Shown in pieces: positions 37,494-48,192 of a stretch of DNA of 64,000 bases. The notes beneath the pieces were generated by a model that did no database searches, was not told the origin of the DNA, and saw only the letters and a program-made list of their open reading frames with translations. The DNA is taken from assembly GCF_053078305.1 (NCBI RefSeq), contig NZ_CP166879.1, one strand, 5' to 3'. Positions within the stretch are counted from its first letter, which is position 1. Each line of letters begins with the position of its first letter. The position numbers were made by a program, and so were the translations under genes.

Positions 37494-40400
37494 TCAACTG
37501 ATGCCGATCCCCGCCGTGGATTTTTTCATGACCACAACCAGTAAATCACTGATGTATGTTGTCGGCGTCCAGTGGTTCACCCCGTTCGACCACACATTAA
37601 ACGTCAGGGTCACATGACCCCGTCCTGCTGGCATATCAATGACGGACGAAAACACCCGGGTGACATCCGTTGCCGGCTGATGAAAAATTACCCTTCCGTT
37701 CATCTGCACCTGTAACTGACACGTGGAATACCATGTTGAAGTGTGATCTTTGCTGGACTGGTGCTCATGTCTCGCCCCCCGGAACAGCACCGGTGGAATG
37801 ATAATCTGCCGGTCGAAGCCCTGGTCATCGTAAACCGTGACGGTTATCGTGCCACTGGCATAACTGTTATTCCGGGGAAAGGCTTTCCCCACCGTCTTCA
37901 CCAGATCGCCTTCAATCTGGTTCGCAGACAGTTTCCCTCTGATGACACAGTTCTCGTTAATGGTGACATTATTGAGCGTGCCGCTATTCGCTGTGACAGC
38001 TCCACTGATGTCCGCATTGCGGGCCGTCAGCCTGCCCTCCGGCGTCAGGGAGAACGTCGGGGGATTGCCGGACGAGGTGATGCTCACTGCAAACAGTCGC
38101 TTCAGGAACACATCGTTCATGAACAGCTGATTCCCCTGCGCCACAAACAGCGGCGTGGTGTTGCCGTTCTCCGGGTTAATCATCGCGATACGGTCCGCCT
38201 GCAGCAGAATATTGCTCAGGGGCTGGCCATCAGCATCCTCAATCCCCGCACCTATACCGGCAACATACGGAATGCCGTTTTTCGTTTTCTGCACCTTCAG
38301 CATATACAGCGCAGCCAGGTCGTTATTTGTGTCTGTCTGCACCCGCTGTATCTGCTGTATGGTGGCACTCTGGTCTTCCAGGGTTTTACTGACCGTCTGC
38401 GTGATTTCATTGCGGGTTTCGGTGATGGTGGTCTTCATCTCCGCCATCTCATCGTCAAGCTGGCTGTTATCAATCAGCTCCCACATCCCCTGTGCCAGAT
38501 GTGTCTTCCCGATTTCTCCTCTGAAAAAGTCCAGATACCCTTCCGCATCATTGCTCGCCCGGCCACTGGCTTCCACAAACGCAGATTTCCCCACCAGGTT
38601 GACGCTGCGCACATAAAACCAGAAATCCTTCCCCGGCTTGATGTGCGGGCCGGAGACGCTCCACTGGCTGCCTGTCCCCAGATAACGGGCAGAGGTTTCC
38701 ACCTGAGATGTGTCTGCGATTTTTGCCTCCGAGAACCAGAACTCAAACTGTACCGTCGGGTCATACACCGCCAGCACCGGTACTGCTGTTATCTGATAAT
38801 ACCCCGGCGTCAGCTCAATGCTGGCCGGTGCTGCAGGCGCATTAATCCGGAACGCGGTGGTGGCAGGTTCGCCCTGCTGGCCGTAGCTGTTTATCGCCCT
38901 GACCGTCAGGGTGTATTCCCCCAGAGGCAGGCCACTGAAACGGTGCTCCGTGTCGGCAGTGATGGCGGTGGTCACCAGGCGGCTGTTTTCACCGTTTCCG
39001 CTGGTCAGGCGCAGACTGAAGCGCACGCCCTTCACCACCCGCGGCGTGTCCCATTTCGCCAGCGCCAGATACTGGCCGTCTGAGGCACTCACCTCCACCG
39101 TGAGGTGCTGCACTGCCGGCGGGATAACGCTGTTCAGTGAACCGGACAGCGGCTCAAAGCGAGCCCCGTTATCCACAATGGCTTCTTTTTCCGGTACGTG
39201 CTGCACTGCCGTGATGGCAAAAGTGCCGTCCGTGTTTTCCCGGATGGAAACACAGCGGAACAGGCGACGACGCAGTGACGGCAGGGAGAGTCCCCACACA
39301 CCGTATGTCTCCACGCCATCCGGCAGGGCGCTGACCTGTATCCGGTCCGGCGCGGGGTGTGCAGTGATGTCCACGCGCACCGGCTTACCGCTGCCGTTAA
39401 TCAGGTTCACCGTCGATGTCCCTGCTTCCGGCAGTGTCACCTCACGGTCCAGCGTCAGTGTGCGGCTGGCGGCATCAATGGACAGGATGCGTCCGCCGGT
39501 CAGGGTCCCGGCATAGTCGTTATCACAGATTTCAATGATGTCACCGGGCGTATGCCGCAGCCCCTGTGACCCGAGCGTGAAATCCACCGTCTGCGTTTCC
39601 AGCAGTTCGGTCTTTATCACCCACAGTCCGGCACGGTGGGCCTGACCGCGGCTGGTACAGCCAAACGCATCCATCTTCAGCAGGTTGCGTCCGTAGCGCA
39701 GGATGGCGTCCGGGTCTTCCACCAGTTCCGTGGAGGTCTGCCAGCCGTTCTGCGGGTCGGTGTAATTCACCTCCACCGCCGTGTGCCGGTCCTTCAGGGC
39801 ACTGAAGCTGTAGCGGAACCCCACGCCGTTATCATCCACCACCACATCGCTGTTGGTGTACGGCCACACCACATCCGACGGACGGTCCTGAACGAACGTC
39901 AGCGTCTGGCCGTTCCATACCGGCATACAGCGCATCGCCGAGCAGAAATCCCCCAGGACATCCCACACCTTACGCTGCTGTGACAGGTACGCATTGAAAG
40001 TCATCCGCGGCTCTGTTCCCCCGAAACCATCCGGGACCGTCTGGTCGCAGTACTGCCCGATGGCATACAGTGCCCACTTGTCCACATCCGCGGCCCCCAG
40101 GCGTTTTCCCATGCCGTAGCGCGGGTGGGTCAGCATGTCCCACAGGCACCAGGCCGGGTTATTGCTGTATGCCGGTTTCAGACTCCCGTCCCAGATACCG
40201 CTGTAGGTGCGTTTTTCCGGGTCATAGTTTGACGGCACCTGAATGATGCGACCACGGATATGGTAGTTCACCGTCAGCTGCTGGCCACCAAACTGCTCCG
40301 CATCCACCTGCAGCCCCACAATGGCCGTGTTCGGGTAGCACTGTTTCACATCGATGATTTCGGTGTATGACGACCACAGCGTTCTGTTCTGCAGCTGGTC

Positions 40401-40970
40401 CGTGGTGCTGTCCGCCGTCTCCCTGACCATCCGGATGTTAAAGGGGCGCTCAGGGAGATTATTCAGAATCACAGACGTCAGGTACTGCGAGGTGGTCTTG
40501 CCGTTAATGGTGATATCCTTCTCCGTCACCCAGTGCCCGTTACGCTCAAGCTGAATCAGCAGGCGGACAGAAGAGGGATTACGGTCACCCTTTGAGGTGG
40601 TCTCCACCAGTGACTGCACCCCGAAGGTGACCCGCAGACGGTCAATGTTCGCTGACGTGATGGTGCGCGTCACCGGCTTTGCCTTCGTCACCTCCACGCC
40701 CAGTGCGGTTTCTGCCCCGGAGGACTCAAAGCCTTCCGGCGGTGTCTGCTCCTGCTCCCCGGCGCGCCAGACGGCGGTCACACCGTGTATCACGGGATTA
40801 CCGTCCGTGTCCGTCAGCGGGGTTTTGTTCACCAGAATACTCTGCAGTCCCTTCACCGGACCTTCCACCGGTCCCTCACCAATGGCATCAATCACGCTCA
40901 TCATCTGCGTGGATTTGAGATTGTCCTTCGCCTCACGCGGTGTGTGCCCCTTGCCGCCCCCTTTACCCAC
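37494..40970 (-). CDS. J: tail tip / host specificity protein J
   Basis: About 1158 aa from GTG ([37 protein letters not shown]), collinear with lambda gpJ throughout; track ORF extends 17 codons upstream. Confidence 0.92.
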   Translation of the reverse strand: MGKGGGKGHTPREAKDNLKSTQMMSVIDAIGEGPVEGPVKGLQSILVNKTPLTDTDGNPVIHGVTAVWRAGEQEQTPPEGFESSGAETALGVEVTKAKPVTRTITSANIDRLRVTFGVQSLVETTSKGDRNPSSVRLLIQLERNGHWVTEKDITINGKTTSQYLTSVILNNLPERPFNIRMVRETADSTTDQLQNRTLWSSYTEIIDVKQCYPNTAIVGLQVDAEQFGGQQLTVNYHIRGRIIQVPSNYDPEKRTYSGIWDGSLKPAYSNNPAWCLWDMLTHPRYGMGKRLGAADVDKWALYAIGQYCDQTVPDGFGGTEPRMTFNAYLSQQRKVWDVLGDFCSAMRCMPVWNGQTLTFVQDRPSDVVWPYTNSDVVVDDNGVGFRYSFSALKDRHTAVEVNYTDPQNGWQTSTELVEDPDAILRYGRNLLKMDAFGCTSRGQAHRAGLWVIKTELLETQTVDFTLGSQGLRHTPGDIIEICDNDYAGTLTGGRILSIDAASRTLTLDREVTLPEAGTSTVNLINGSGKPVRVDITAHPAPDRIQVSALPDGVETYGVWGLSLPSLRRRLFRCVSIRENTDGTFAITAVQHVPEKEAIVDNGARFEPLSGSLNSVIPPAVQHLTVEVSASDGQYLALAKWDTPRVVKGVRFSLRLTSGNGENSRLVTTAITADTEHRFSGLPLGEYTLTVRAINSYGQQGEPATTAFRINAPAAPASIELTPGYYQITAVPVLAVYDPTVQFEFWFSEAKIADTSQVETSARYLGTGSQWSVSGPHIKPGKDFWFYVRSVNLVGKSAFVEASGRASNDAEGYLDFFRGEIGKTHLAQGMWELIDNSQLDDEMAEMKTTITETRNEITQTVSKTLEDQSATIQQIQRVQTDTNNDLAALYMLKVQKTKNGIPYVAGIGAGIEDADGQPLSNILLQADRIAMINPENGNTTPLFVAQGNQLFMNDVFLKRLFAVSITSSGNPPTFSLTPEGRLTARNADISGAVTANSGTLNNVTINENCVIRGKLSANQIEGDLVKTVGKAFPRNNSYASGTITVTVYDDQGFDRQIIIPPVLFRGARHEHQSSKDHTSTWYSTCQLQVQMNGRVIFHQPATDVTRVFSSVIDMPAGRGHVTLTFNVWSNGVNHWTPTTYISDLLVVVMKKSTAGIGIS

Positions 40971-41007
40971 TCTGCCCCCCTCTCCTGTCTGATGTCTGAA
41001 TCTGTTT

Positions 41008-41045
41008 ATGCCCAAAAACAACAGGCACCCCGGAGGGTGCCTGTG
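41008..41045 (-). terminator. intrinsic terminator-like hairpin upstream of J
   Basis: Minus strand CAGGCACCC-TCCG-GGGTGCCTG followed by TTGTTTTTGGG. Confidence 0.5.
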
Positions 41046-41165
41046 TCATGACGGAATAAAATTTCTGAAATTCTTCACATTTCCGGCAATTGCCTGTAGC
41101 CGCAATAATGACGCTGCGTTACTTTTTTGATGCCTGAAAAATAACTCCATAAAGTTAATCTTCAT
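41046..41165 (-). CDS. hypothetical 39-aa protein in an AT-rich insert between I and J
   Basis: MKINFMELFFRHQKSNAASLLRLQAIAGNVKNFRNFIPS with GGGAGAG SD; AT-rich relative to flanking genes. Confidence 0.35.
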   Translation of the reverse strand: MKINFMELFFRHQKSNAASLLRLQAIAGNVKNFRNFIPS

Positions 41166-41211
41166 CGTTCTCTCCCGCAGCTCCACTAACTCTGCGGGAT
41201 TTTTTTTATTT

Positions 41212-41892
41212 TTATCCCCGCCCGATAACCACCACTTTCCCGTCTCCGCCCTCATCACGGGTGCTGATGTCCTGGGATATCCGTCGTGAACCAACCAGCA
41301 TTTCACCGTAAGGCACCGGCATCGGGTTACCCTGGGCAATCATGTTGTCCAGTGACGAAAAATACGTGTTCTGTTTACCGTTATCCGTACTTTTATACTC
41401 CGGCGTCTTTGCCTTCGGGGCCAGCATCTGAGCCACACCACCCAGTATCATGCTGGCACCCAGTGAGAACAGCATCGTGGTGGCAGTCAGCCCTCCGGCA
41501 CTCAGGGCTGCGCCCCATGCCGCCAGTGTTGCACCACCAGTGAAAAATGACCCGACAATCGCTGCAACCCCCAGCACCACCTGAAAAACACCATTTCCCC
41601 CGGCTCCGGCCAGCCGCGGTACAATATGAATCACGGCCCTCCCGCTCAGTGGCTCATGAAGACGGGCATACACCGCCTCCGGCGCGGTATCCTCACCGGC
41701 AATACGTATCTGATACCAGCCTTCGTTCATCTGACCGCGGAATCCCGGCACCTGCAGCGACAGGGCACGGATGGCCTCCGCTGCCGTGTTCACATACAGG
41801 CTGATGCGGCGACCAAATCGTTGTAAATCCCCGTGAAGGCAGATGCGGACCAGTGGCGGTGACGCCAGACAGAATGCGTTCGTCGTTGCCAT
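41212..41892 (-). CDS. I: tail assembly protein I
   Basis: 226 aa MATTNAFCLASPPLVRICLHGDLQRFGRRISL..., lambda gpI-like; overlaps K by about 100 nt as in lambda. Confidence 0.9.
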   Translation of the reverse strand: MATTNAFCLASPPLVRICLHGDLQRFGRRISLYVNTAAEAIRALSLQVPGFRGQMNEGWYQIRIAGEDTAPEAVYARLHEPLSGRAVIHIVPRLAGAGGNGVFQVVLGVAAIVGSFFTGGATLAAWGAALSAGGLTATTMLFSLGASMILGGVAQMLAPKAKTPEYKSTDNGKQNTYFSSLDNMIAQGNPMPVPYGEMLVGSRRISQDISTRDEGGDGKVVVIGRG

Positions 41893-42533
41893 TTTTCAGA
41901 ATACCTCTCCCGTTTACTCAGTTGTTCAGGTATATGGTGAAGCAGTTCACCGTTGCCACAGTAAATGGCGGCATGATTCGGCACCGATGCGCCAAAGCAG
42001 CACAGCAGGATATCGCCCGCCTGTGCACAGGACGGAGACACCCGGTAAAAGCCGTTGTCCGCCAGGTTGTCCAGGTACAGGTTCTGGCCGTTGTGCCACC
42101 AGTCATCCTCACGCACAAAATCCGGCAGCGTTATCCCCGCCAGATGGTAAGCATCCCGGAACAGGGTGTAACAGTCCGTCACACCGTGTTCAAAGCGCCG
42201 TCCGGTCAGGTGCGGCACACAGCGGAACCGGTGAATTTCACCCCGGCAGACCAGCCACCAGGGCAGGGCACTCTTTATCTGCAGCCGCCGGTCCGCCTCG
42301 CTCAGCCAGGGCAGACCACCGGGATGACTGTGGACCAGCGCCACAATCTCCCCCTGCATCTGTGCCTGCAGCCAGTCTTCCGGTGTAATACGAAAATACG
42401 CCTCCGGCTCTGCGGAGATATTCACGCAGGGCTGGTACCGTTCGCCCTCCGGGGTGCTTATCACGAAGCCGCACGACTCCGCGGGCGCACATCGCCGGGC
42501 ATGCGCCAGAATCGCTGATTCAGTCTGTGTCAT
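41790..42533 (-). CDS. K: tail assembly protein K (JAB/MPN plus NlpC/P60-like)
   Basis: 247 aa from MTQTESAILAHARRCAPAESCGF; HSHP JAMM motif; track ORF 41790..42794 extends upstream through L. Confidence 0.88.
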   Translation of the reverse strand: MTQTESAILAHARRCAPAESCGFVISTPEGERYQPCVNISAEPEAYFRITPEDWLQAQMQGEIVALVHSHPGGLPWLSEADRRLQIKSALPWWLVCRGEIHRFRCVPHLTGRRFEHGVTDCYTLFRDAYHLAGITLPDFVREDDWWHNGQNLYLDNLADNGFYRVSPSCAQAGDILLCCFGASVPNHAAIYCGNGELLHHIPEQLSKRERYSEKWQRRTHSVWRHRHWSASAFTGIYNDLVAASACM

Positions 42534-42543
42534 AAACCGGGAT

Positions 42544-43242
42544 TTACTGCGAAAGTTTGTTAATGGAAAGGAAACCGCCAAAATTGACCGCCATGCCGCG
42601 CATCTCACACCCGCGCATGCATTTACTGCATCTGTCCTTCCGGATATCCGTGGTGGGGTTGTCGAACTCATCCGCCACTGCCGGACCGTTATACCCGCAC
42701 TCATCGCCCCGGTAATCCCACATACAGGTGTTCGCCAGCATGATGCGACCGGGAAACAGCGCACCGTCCGTCTCCGTCGGTGTCGCCAGCACAAACGAGG
42801 CCGTCATGGCCGTCAGCGCTGACATCTGCTCCACCACCCACCGGTCCGTCAGCTCCTGCTCCGGGTCGGCCTCAGGATTGCCTGCCACAAAGTTCACCGC
42901 ATCCAGAAAACGCGCATACACCCGGCGGCGGACCACCGTGGCACCCACCAGGCTCTGCAAATCCTCCGCCATCCCGGTGACAAGGCCGAACAGATTGGAC
43001 ACCGTCAGCGACGGGCGGGCACTGCTGCCCTTTCCGTTCATCTCAAAGCCACTCCCCTCAATCGGGTACGCCTGATATTCACGCCCCTGCCAGGTCACCG
43101 GCTCCCCTTTTTCATTCAGCTCATTGCAGAAAAAATACCGCTCACCGCCCTGCACCGTCAGGTCGATTTCCCAGAGCACCACCCGCGGTGACTGCTCTGA
43201 CTTAACCGACTCGTTCAGGCTTGCTTCGTGAATATCCTGCAT
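42544..43242 (-). CDS. L: minor tail protein L
   Basis: 232 aa MQDIHEASLNESVKSEQSPRVVLWEIDLT...FGGFLSINKLSQ, lambda gpL-like. Confidence 0.92.
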   Translation of the reverse strand: MQDIHEASLNESVKSEQSPRVVLWEIDLTVQGGERYFFCNELNEKGEPVTWQGREYQAYPIEGSGFEMNGKGSSARPSLTVSNLFGLVTGMAEDLQSLVGATVVRRRVYARFLDAVNFVAGNPEADPEQELTDRWVVEQMSALTAMTASFVLATPTETDGALFPGRIMLANTCMWDYRGDECGYNGPAVADEFDNPTTDIRKDRCSKCMRGCEMRGMAVNFGGFLSINKLSQ

Positions 43243-43571
43243 CAGTTCACCACCTGCTTAAACTCCGCGCTGAACTCAACGCGCAACATCCCGACCCGCG
43301 CAGACCACCCGGCACAGGTCACCTTTATCTGCCGGTATGCATAGGGTGGCTTCCACAAAAATGCCTTCCAGCCCCCGTGCTCTGCCAGGAACGCTTCCAG
43401 ATGCCGGGCCTCCTCCCGGCTCACGGAAAGCATCACCCGGTATGTTTTCAGGTCAGCATTCAGCCCTGCCGCCATACGCTGTGAGTACCCGTCACCAAAA
43501 CGCACTTCACGCACCGATGGCTGCGAGTTCACCTCCATATCCGGCTTCACTTTCCAGCGAAAGGTTTTCAT
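43242..43571 (-). CDS. M: minor tail protein M
   Basis: 109 aa MKTFRWKVKPDMEVNSQPSVREVRFGDGYSQR. Confidence 0.92.
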   Translation of the reverse strand: MKTFRWKVKPDMEVNSQPSVREVRFGDGYSQRMAAGLNADLKTYRVMLSVSREEARHLEAFLAEHGGWKAFLWKPPYAYRQIKVTCAGWSARVGMLRVEFSAEFKQVVN

Positions 43572-46180
43572 CGCCCGCTCCCTGATAACATACCGCCATC
43601 ACGCAACTGCAGCCGGAGTTCATCCTGCGCCCCCTTACGGGCCATGTCATACACCGCCTTCATCAGCTGCGGCCCCGCCTGTCCGTTGATACCGTCGTTC
43701 TGAATCACCACGTGATTGTTCTGATTAAAATTAATACCTTCCGCCCGCCGCATCTGCGCCGGACTTCCGGCACCACCCACATACCCCCCTTCCGCATAGC
43801 CGCGCATCAGACGGTAAAGATTCCCCACGCCAATCCGGCTGGTTGCCTCCTTCGTGAAGACAAACTCCCCGCGGTGAACTATCCCCGCAGGCTCATATTT
43901 GCCGCCCGTCCCCGTAAATCCTCCGGTCGCGAAATGGGAGTTCGCCGCCGCAGCCTGAATGGCCGTCCCCGTGGAAGCGGATGCGCCACCACCGAAAGCA
44001 CCACCAATGGCGCTGCCGATACTCCCGACAATCCCCACCATCGCCTGCTTCAGAAAAATCTCTGTCAGCATGGAGAGCACGGAACGGGTGAATCCCCGCC
44101 AGTTCTGTTCGCTGCCGGTCAGCATCGCTGCCATATTCTGTGCAATACCGTCAAAGGTCTGCGTGGCCGCGCTTTTCACCTGCGAAAAACTGTCCGTCGC
44201 ACTTTCCGCCCACTCGCCCCAGCCGGACTTCATCCCGGCCATCCAGCTTCCACGAAGCTGCTCCTCTGCAGACCAGGTGTTCTTCAGTGCAGATGTGGCC
44301 TTCGCCAGCGCAGCCGGATTATCACCGTACACGTCACGAAGGCGCTGCTCTTCCGACTCCCGCTGCGCCTGACGGTCGGTGAGGCCGCGGGCTTTTGCGC
44401 TGATGGCGGCCTGCTTCGCGCTCTGCTGCTGTTCAAACCGCGCCGCCTGCTGTGCCAGCTCATTCAGCCGTTTCTGGTGTTCAACCTTGTCGCCCAGGTC
44501 AGCCAGCTGGCGTTTGTACTCCAGCGTCTCTTTCTCATGGGCCAGCAGGGATTTTTCCTGCCCGGATAACTGTCGTTTCGTGGCGGCCTCTTTCAGGACC
44601 GCATACTGACTTTCCGCCTTCCATAAATCACGGCGCTGCCGGCTGATTCTCTCATTCGCACCGCTGTGTTTTTCCAGCGTCCTGAGCTCAGCTTCAAGGG
44701 CAAGCAGAGCCTCTCTTGCCTGCTCCTCTTCCCTCTCCCCGGCAGAGCGCGTTTTCGGTGATGTATGCTTTTTACCTGTCAGCTCTTCAGCCAGACGGCT
44801 GACGGCTTCCTGCTGCCCCGGACCTTTGCTGACGCCTGTTGCACGCGAACGGTTGATGTACCCCATTTCCCCCTGGCGTATACGCGCATCCCGTTCCGCA
44901 ATGGATTTTCTCAGCGCCAGTTCATCGCGTTTTGTCTTCTCAATAAATACGCGGTTCTCTTCTGCCAGTTCACCAAACAACGCACCAACGCCGGGCACAT
45001 TCTTTGTCGTTTCCCAGGCTGACTGAATAAATTCAGCCAGCGCCAGATCCCCCTGCACAAGCAGCAGCTTCACCTGTTCAACGGTTCCTGCCACCACGTC
45101 AGTGATCAGACTGAGTGCCCCCAGTGTATGATCACCTATCCATGCCCATGCGTCAGAAGTCCAGGTTTTAACATCGTCCCAGATTTTTTCCACCGGCGTG
45201 GCCGCTTTATCAAGTTGCTCCAGACGTGCATTCATGACATCCGCAAACAGGGACATCGCCTCCGTTACCGCAGCCTGTTTACCTTTCGTGCGCTCAAGCT
45301 CATCAATATGGCGTAACTGGGAAACGCTCAGGAAGTTATACTGCTGATTCAGGGAGGCCAGCGCCTTCACCGGATCAGCTGCAATCCCTTCAAAGGCTTT
45401 TTCCACCTTCCCGGCATCGTCCCCCACCGTCTGCAGCCATCTCTGAGAGGTTTCCCCCATGATCCGTAGCTGCCCGGCGGTATATTTCCCGCTTTCTGCC
45501 AGACGGGCCAGATTTTCTGCCGCCTGTCTGATACCACCACCGGCTTCATCGCTGATCACCCCGGCCATTTTCCACAATTCTGCCGTTGTGGTGGCAGCCG
45601 CCCCTCCGGTCAGGGTCAGTGAACGCAACAAGGCCCGGTCAGCCTGCTCTGCCTGCCAGGCAGCGGCAGCAAGCGCGGCCAGTACGGCAACCCCGCCACC
45701 TGCCGCCACACGGGCCACCGACATAAATCGTCCCAGTTCACCGGCATTCCGGGCATTTTCAGCCAGTGCATTTGCCGTATCTGACAGCGAATCCTCTGAT
45801 GATTCAGAGGCATCCCTGATCCCGAGAAGTTCCTCCTTCAGCAGGGTAAGCAGGCTGAGCGGTCCACCGAATGAATCGCTGATCTGCCCCCCCTGCTGCA
45901 GCATGATAAGGAAGGGATTCTGACCACCGGCAAGCTGAGTGACAATATCCGTGAACTGTGCGGGCAGTGTGCGCATGGCAGCCTTATACTGTCCGACTGA
46001 TATCCCGGCTTTTTGTGCAGCCAGCGCCTGTCGGCTCAGCCCCTGTTCAACAGTACTGGCGGTTTTTCTGGCATCCGCCTCCAGACTGGAAAAATGGCGG
46101 CGTACCCGGGCCATCTGTTCATCAAACCGGGCCGCATCCAGACTCAAATCAATAACAAGATCACCCGCTGGCTGGGACAT
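43568..46180 (-). CDS. H: tail tape measure protein H
   Basis: 870 aa, coiled-coil rich with Gly-rich C-terminal region; position and size as lambda gpH. Confidence 0.92.
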   Translation of the reverse strand: MSQPAGDLVIDLSLDAARFDEQMARVRRHFSSLEADARKTASTVEQGLSRQALAAQKAGISVGQYKAAMRTLPAQFTDIVTQLAGGQNPFLIMLQQGGQISDSFGGPLSLLTLLKEELLGIRDASESSEDSLSDTANALAENARNAGELGRFMSVARVAAGGGVAVLAALAAAAWQAEQADRALLRSLTLTGGAAATTTAELWKMAGVISDEAGGGIRQAAENLARLAESGKYTAGQLRIMGETSQRWLQTVGDDAGKVEKAFEGIAADPVKALASLNQQYNFLSVSQLRHIDELERTKGKQAAVTEAMSLFADVMNARLEQLDKAATPVEKIWDDVKTWTSDAWAWIGDHTLGALSLITDVVAGTVEQVKLLLVQGDLALAEFIQSAWETTKNVPGVGALFGELAEENRVFIEKTKRDELALRKSIAERDARIRQGEMGYINRSRATGVSKGPGQQEAVSRLAEELTGKKHTSPKTRSAGEREEEQAREALLALEAELRTLEKHSGANERISRQRRDLWKAESQYAVLKEAATKRQLSGQEKSLLAHEKETLEYKRQLADLGDKVEHQKRLNELAQQAARFEQQQSAKQAAISAKARGLTDRQAQRESEEQRLRDVYGDNPAALAKATSALKNTWSAEEQLRGSWMAGMKSGWGEWAESATDSFSQVKSAATQTFDGIAQNMAAMLTGSEQNWRGFTRSVLSMLTEIFLKQAMVGIVGSIGSAIGGAFGGGASASTGTAIQAAAANSHFATGGFTGTGGKYEPAGIVHRGEFVFTKEATSRIGVGNLYRLMRGYAEGGYVGGAGSPAQMRRAEGINFNQNNHVVIQNDGINGQAGPQLMKAVYDMARKGAQDELRLQLRDGGMLSGSGR

Positions 46181-46574
46181 ATCTCACACCTCCGGAAATC
46201 CCCGCTGAAGCCATCATTAATGCAACATCATCTTCGCTGACATCCACCACATCCGCAGAAGGTGAAATATCGCCCCCACCCACCCCACAGAACCGGACGC
46301 CTCCGGCAACTCCTGCCGCTTTCTGCATCAGCATGTCTTCCTCGTCCGGCATCTCCGTCTGCTCTTCCTCACACGCTGGCGCAAGCAGACTGAAATCCGC
46401 CGGATGCATATCCGGATCGCCAAAAAACAGGCTGAGTACGGCGTACATCAGCCCGGAAAAATGAGCGTCCAGTTGGGTATCCTGAAAATAATGCGTGCAG
46501 TAAAAACGTCGCCAGTCGGCATATTCGGTGGATGTCATCCCGGCAAGCATGGCGCGCCAGTCGGGTCTCCCCAT
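46161..46574 (-). CDS. T: tail assembly chaperone T (expected to be made as G-T fusion by -1 frameshift)
   Basis: ORF in -1 frame relative to G, overlapping G 3' end; frame is open from the A-AAA-AAG slip site into T. Confidence 0.8.
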   Translation of the reverse strand: MGRPDWRAMLAGMTSTEYADWRRFYCTHYFQDTQLDAHFSGLMYAVLSLFFGDPDMHPADFSLLAPACEEEQTEMPDEEDMLMQKAAGVAGGVRFCGVGGGDISPSADVVDVSEDDVALMMASAGISGGVRYVPASG

Positions 46575-46600
46575 CTCTCGCGCCAGTTTCAGGACAAAGT

Positions 46601-47023
46601 TCAGCTCGCCTTCGAATGCTTTTTTGATGTTACCGGCTCAGTCGCTTCTGCTTTCCCGGTTTGTTCAGGATCGGCATCGTGCCGGTTATCCAGCATACCT
46701 GAAAGATAAAGCACCCGGTTCGTTGCCTGATTCAGTGCATCAGCAGGCCATCCCAGCATCACTTCACGGCGGATCTGCTGCATCTCTGTCTCCGGAGAGG
46801 CCAGAGTGCCTTTGAGGGAATGGGAATGCCATAGCGACATCGCCACAAGCAGGGATGCCGTTTCCAGATATCGCTGGTTAATGTGCACGACATCATGCTT
46901 CGTTGTCCCCTGTTGTTCTGCGTCTGAAACAAACTTCATATAATCAAACCGCTGCAGCGCGGACAGCTCCGACAGCGTGACGGACACACCGTTATATTCA
47001 AATTGTTCTGTTTTCAGGAACAT
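46601..47023 (-). CDS. G: tail assembly chaperone G
   Basis: 140 aa from MFLKTEQFEYNGVSVTLSELSALQRFDY (lambda gpG-like); strong SD GGGGAGGAG; track ORF has upstream GTG extension. Confidence 0.9.
   Translation of the reverse strand: MFLKTEQFEYNGVSVTLSELSALQRFDYMKFVSDAEQQGTTKHDVVHINQRYLETASLLVAMSLWHSHSLKGTLASPETEMQQIRREVMLGWPADALNQATNRVLYLSGMLDNRHDADPEQTGKAEATEPVTSKKHSKAS
46618..46625 (-). other. programmed -1 ribosomal frameshift site (A AAA AAG) for G-T
   Basis: G frame reads ...ACA TCA AAA AAG CAT...; after -1 slip the frame continues KKAFEGELNFVLKLAREMGRPDW into T; coordinates approximate. Confidence 0.65.
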
Positions 47024-47039
47024 GCTTGATCTCCTCCCC

Positions 47040-47789
47040 TCAGCCCGCAGCGCCATCCGTGACGGTGATCTCCGCCACCGCCGCAAACTCACCGTTGCCG
47101 GTGACAACAGGGATCTGCGCTTTACCTGCCGCAACACCTTTCACGGTGATCGTGTTCCCTTTCACGGTAATGGTGGCGAAATTCTGATTTGCCGACGTTG
47201 CGCGGAATGTTTTATCCGTTGCGCCTTCCGGCTGAACGGCCACAGTCAGGGTGGTGCTCTGACCTTTTGCCACATTCCCCGTTAGTGGCGTCACGGTAAT
47301 ACCGGTGACCGGTGTGATTTCTCCCCGATCCTCCGCCAGCGACGGACGACCAATATTGGTGATTTTTACCGTACGGGTAATCACTTCTTTGGCAGTCACC
47401 GCTTTACCAATGGCGCTGACCCAGCCACGAAACACATCCACCGTGCCATTCGGAAAACGGATTTTATAGGCCCGGACATCGCCGCTTTCAAACCAGCCTA
47501 TAAGCCCTTTCTGGCCTTCCTCTCCCGGCTTCCAGGCCAGCGTAAAACTGGTATCACCGGCAGATTTCTGCCCCTGCCCGGTGGATACCCAGTCAGCATC
47601 CTCATCATCCAGATAGTTATCATCGTAGGATTCCGCCGTCATCTCGCCGGGGGTCAGATCCTTCACCTTCGCCAGTCGCTGCCAGTCATCGTCTGACAAC
47701 GGGTTTGCATAAGCATCAGCCTTGCCGTTGTAAACCCACAGTGTGGTACCGGAACCTTTCACCGGCTCAAGAGGATTTGGTGTTGCCAT
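47040..47789 (-). CDS. V: major tail protein V
   Basis: 249 aa [23 protein letters not shown]...; C-terminal Ig-like domain. Confidence 0.93.
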   Translation of the reverse strand: MATPNPLEPVKGSGTTLWVYNGKADAYANPLSDDDWQRLAKVKDLTPGEMTAESYDDNYLDDEDADWVSTGQGQKSAGDTSFTLAWKPGEEGQKGLIGWFESGDVRAYKIRFPNGTVDVFRGWVSAIGKAVTAKEVITRTVKITNIGRPSLAEDRGEITPVTGITVTPLTGNVAKGQSTTLTVAVQPEGATDKTFRATSANQNFATITVKGNTITVKGVAAGKAQIPVVTGNGEFAAVAEITVTDGAAG

Positions 47790-47796
47790 ATCGTCC

Positions 47797-48192
47797 TCAC
47801 ATCTCGTATGTAATGGAATAAGTCAGATCCGCAGAGCTCCATAACGCCATATCGTCATCACGACGATACTCATAGCCCTGCGTAACCATCGTGGTAATCA
47901 TGCCTGCCAGTGCAGGGATCTCCGCCATCGCCGGGTAAATCCGGCTTTCCATCCACTGATCAAGCTCTGAATCCGGTACCTGTGCCGGTAAAAACACCTC
48001 AATATGCAGTGTGGCCCGCCAGGTATCAGCATCCAGCTCTTCACCGGTATACTCTGCATCCGTCAGATAAACCGCGACCGCCGGAAAATCCGCCTCCTCA
48101 AAAACAGCGGGGCGACCATCAAACAGCGTCGCCCCGGTGTCATGCTTCTCCAGTGCATCCAGTACGGCTGCACGGATATCAGTATGTTTCAT
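47797..48192 (-). CDS. U: tail terminator protein U
   Basis: 131 aa [28 protein letters not shown]. Confidence 0.92.
   Translation of the reverse strand: MKHTDIRAAVLDALEKHDTGATLFDGRPAVFEEADFPAVAVYLTDAEYTGEELDADTWRATLHIEVFLPAQVPDSELDQWMESRIYPAMAEIPALAGMITTMVTQGYEYRRDDDMALWSSADLTYSITYEM

Noticed and set aside
37743-39083. 446-aa plus-strand ORF
   Set aside because: Antisense to the well-supported J gene; typical long shadow ORF in GC-rich phage DNA
41166-41339. upstream extension of the 41046..41339 track ORF
   Set aside because: Overlaps the 3' end of gene I in another frame; only the final 39 codons downstream of I, with their own SD, are considered
43712-44569. 285-aa plus-strand ORF and neighbouring plus-strand ORFs
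   Set aside because: Antisense to tape measure gene H
46560-46575. apparent 1-2 nt disagreement between my reading of the sequence text and ORF-track coordinates (also near 57900-57917)
   Set aside because: Most likely a transcription limit on my side rather than real frameshifts; both affected genes (T, Rz, methyltransferase) are intact in the track, so track coordinates were used and hand-derived coordinates are flagged as approximate
46630-46660. GGGAAAG heptamer (lambda-type slip motif) near the end of G
   Set aside because: Not in the X-XXY-YYZ register of the G frame, and a stop codon in the T frame lies between it and T; the downstream A-AAA-AAG is the better candidate
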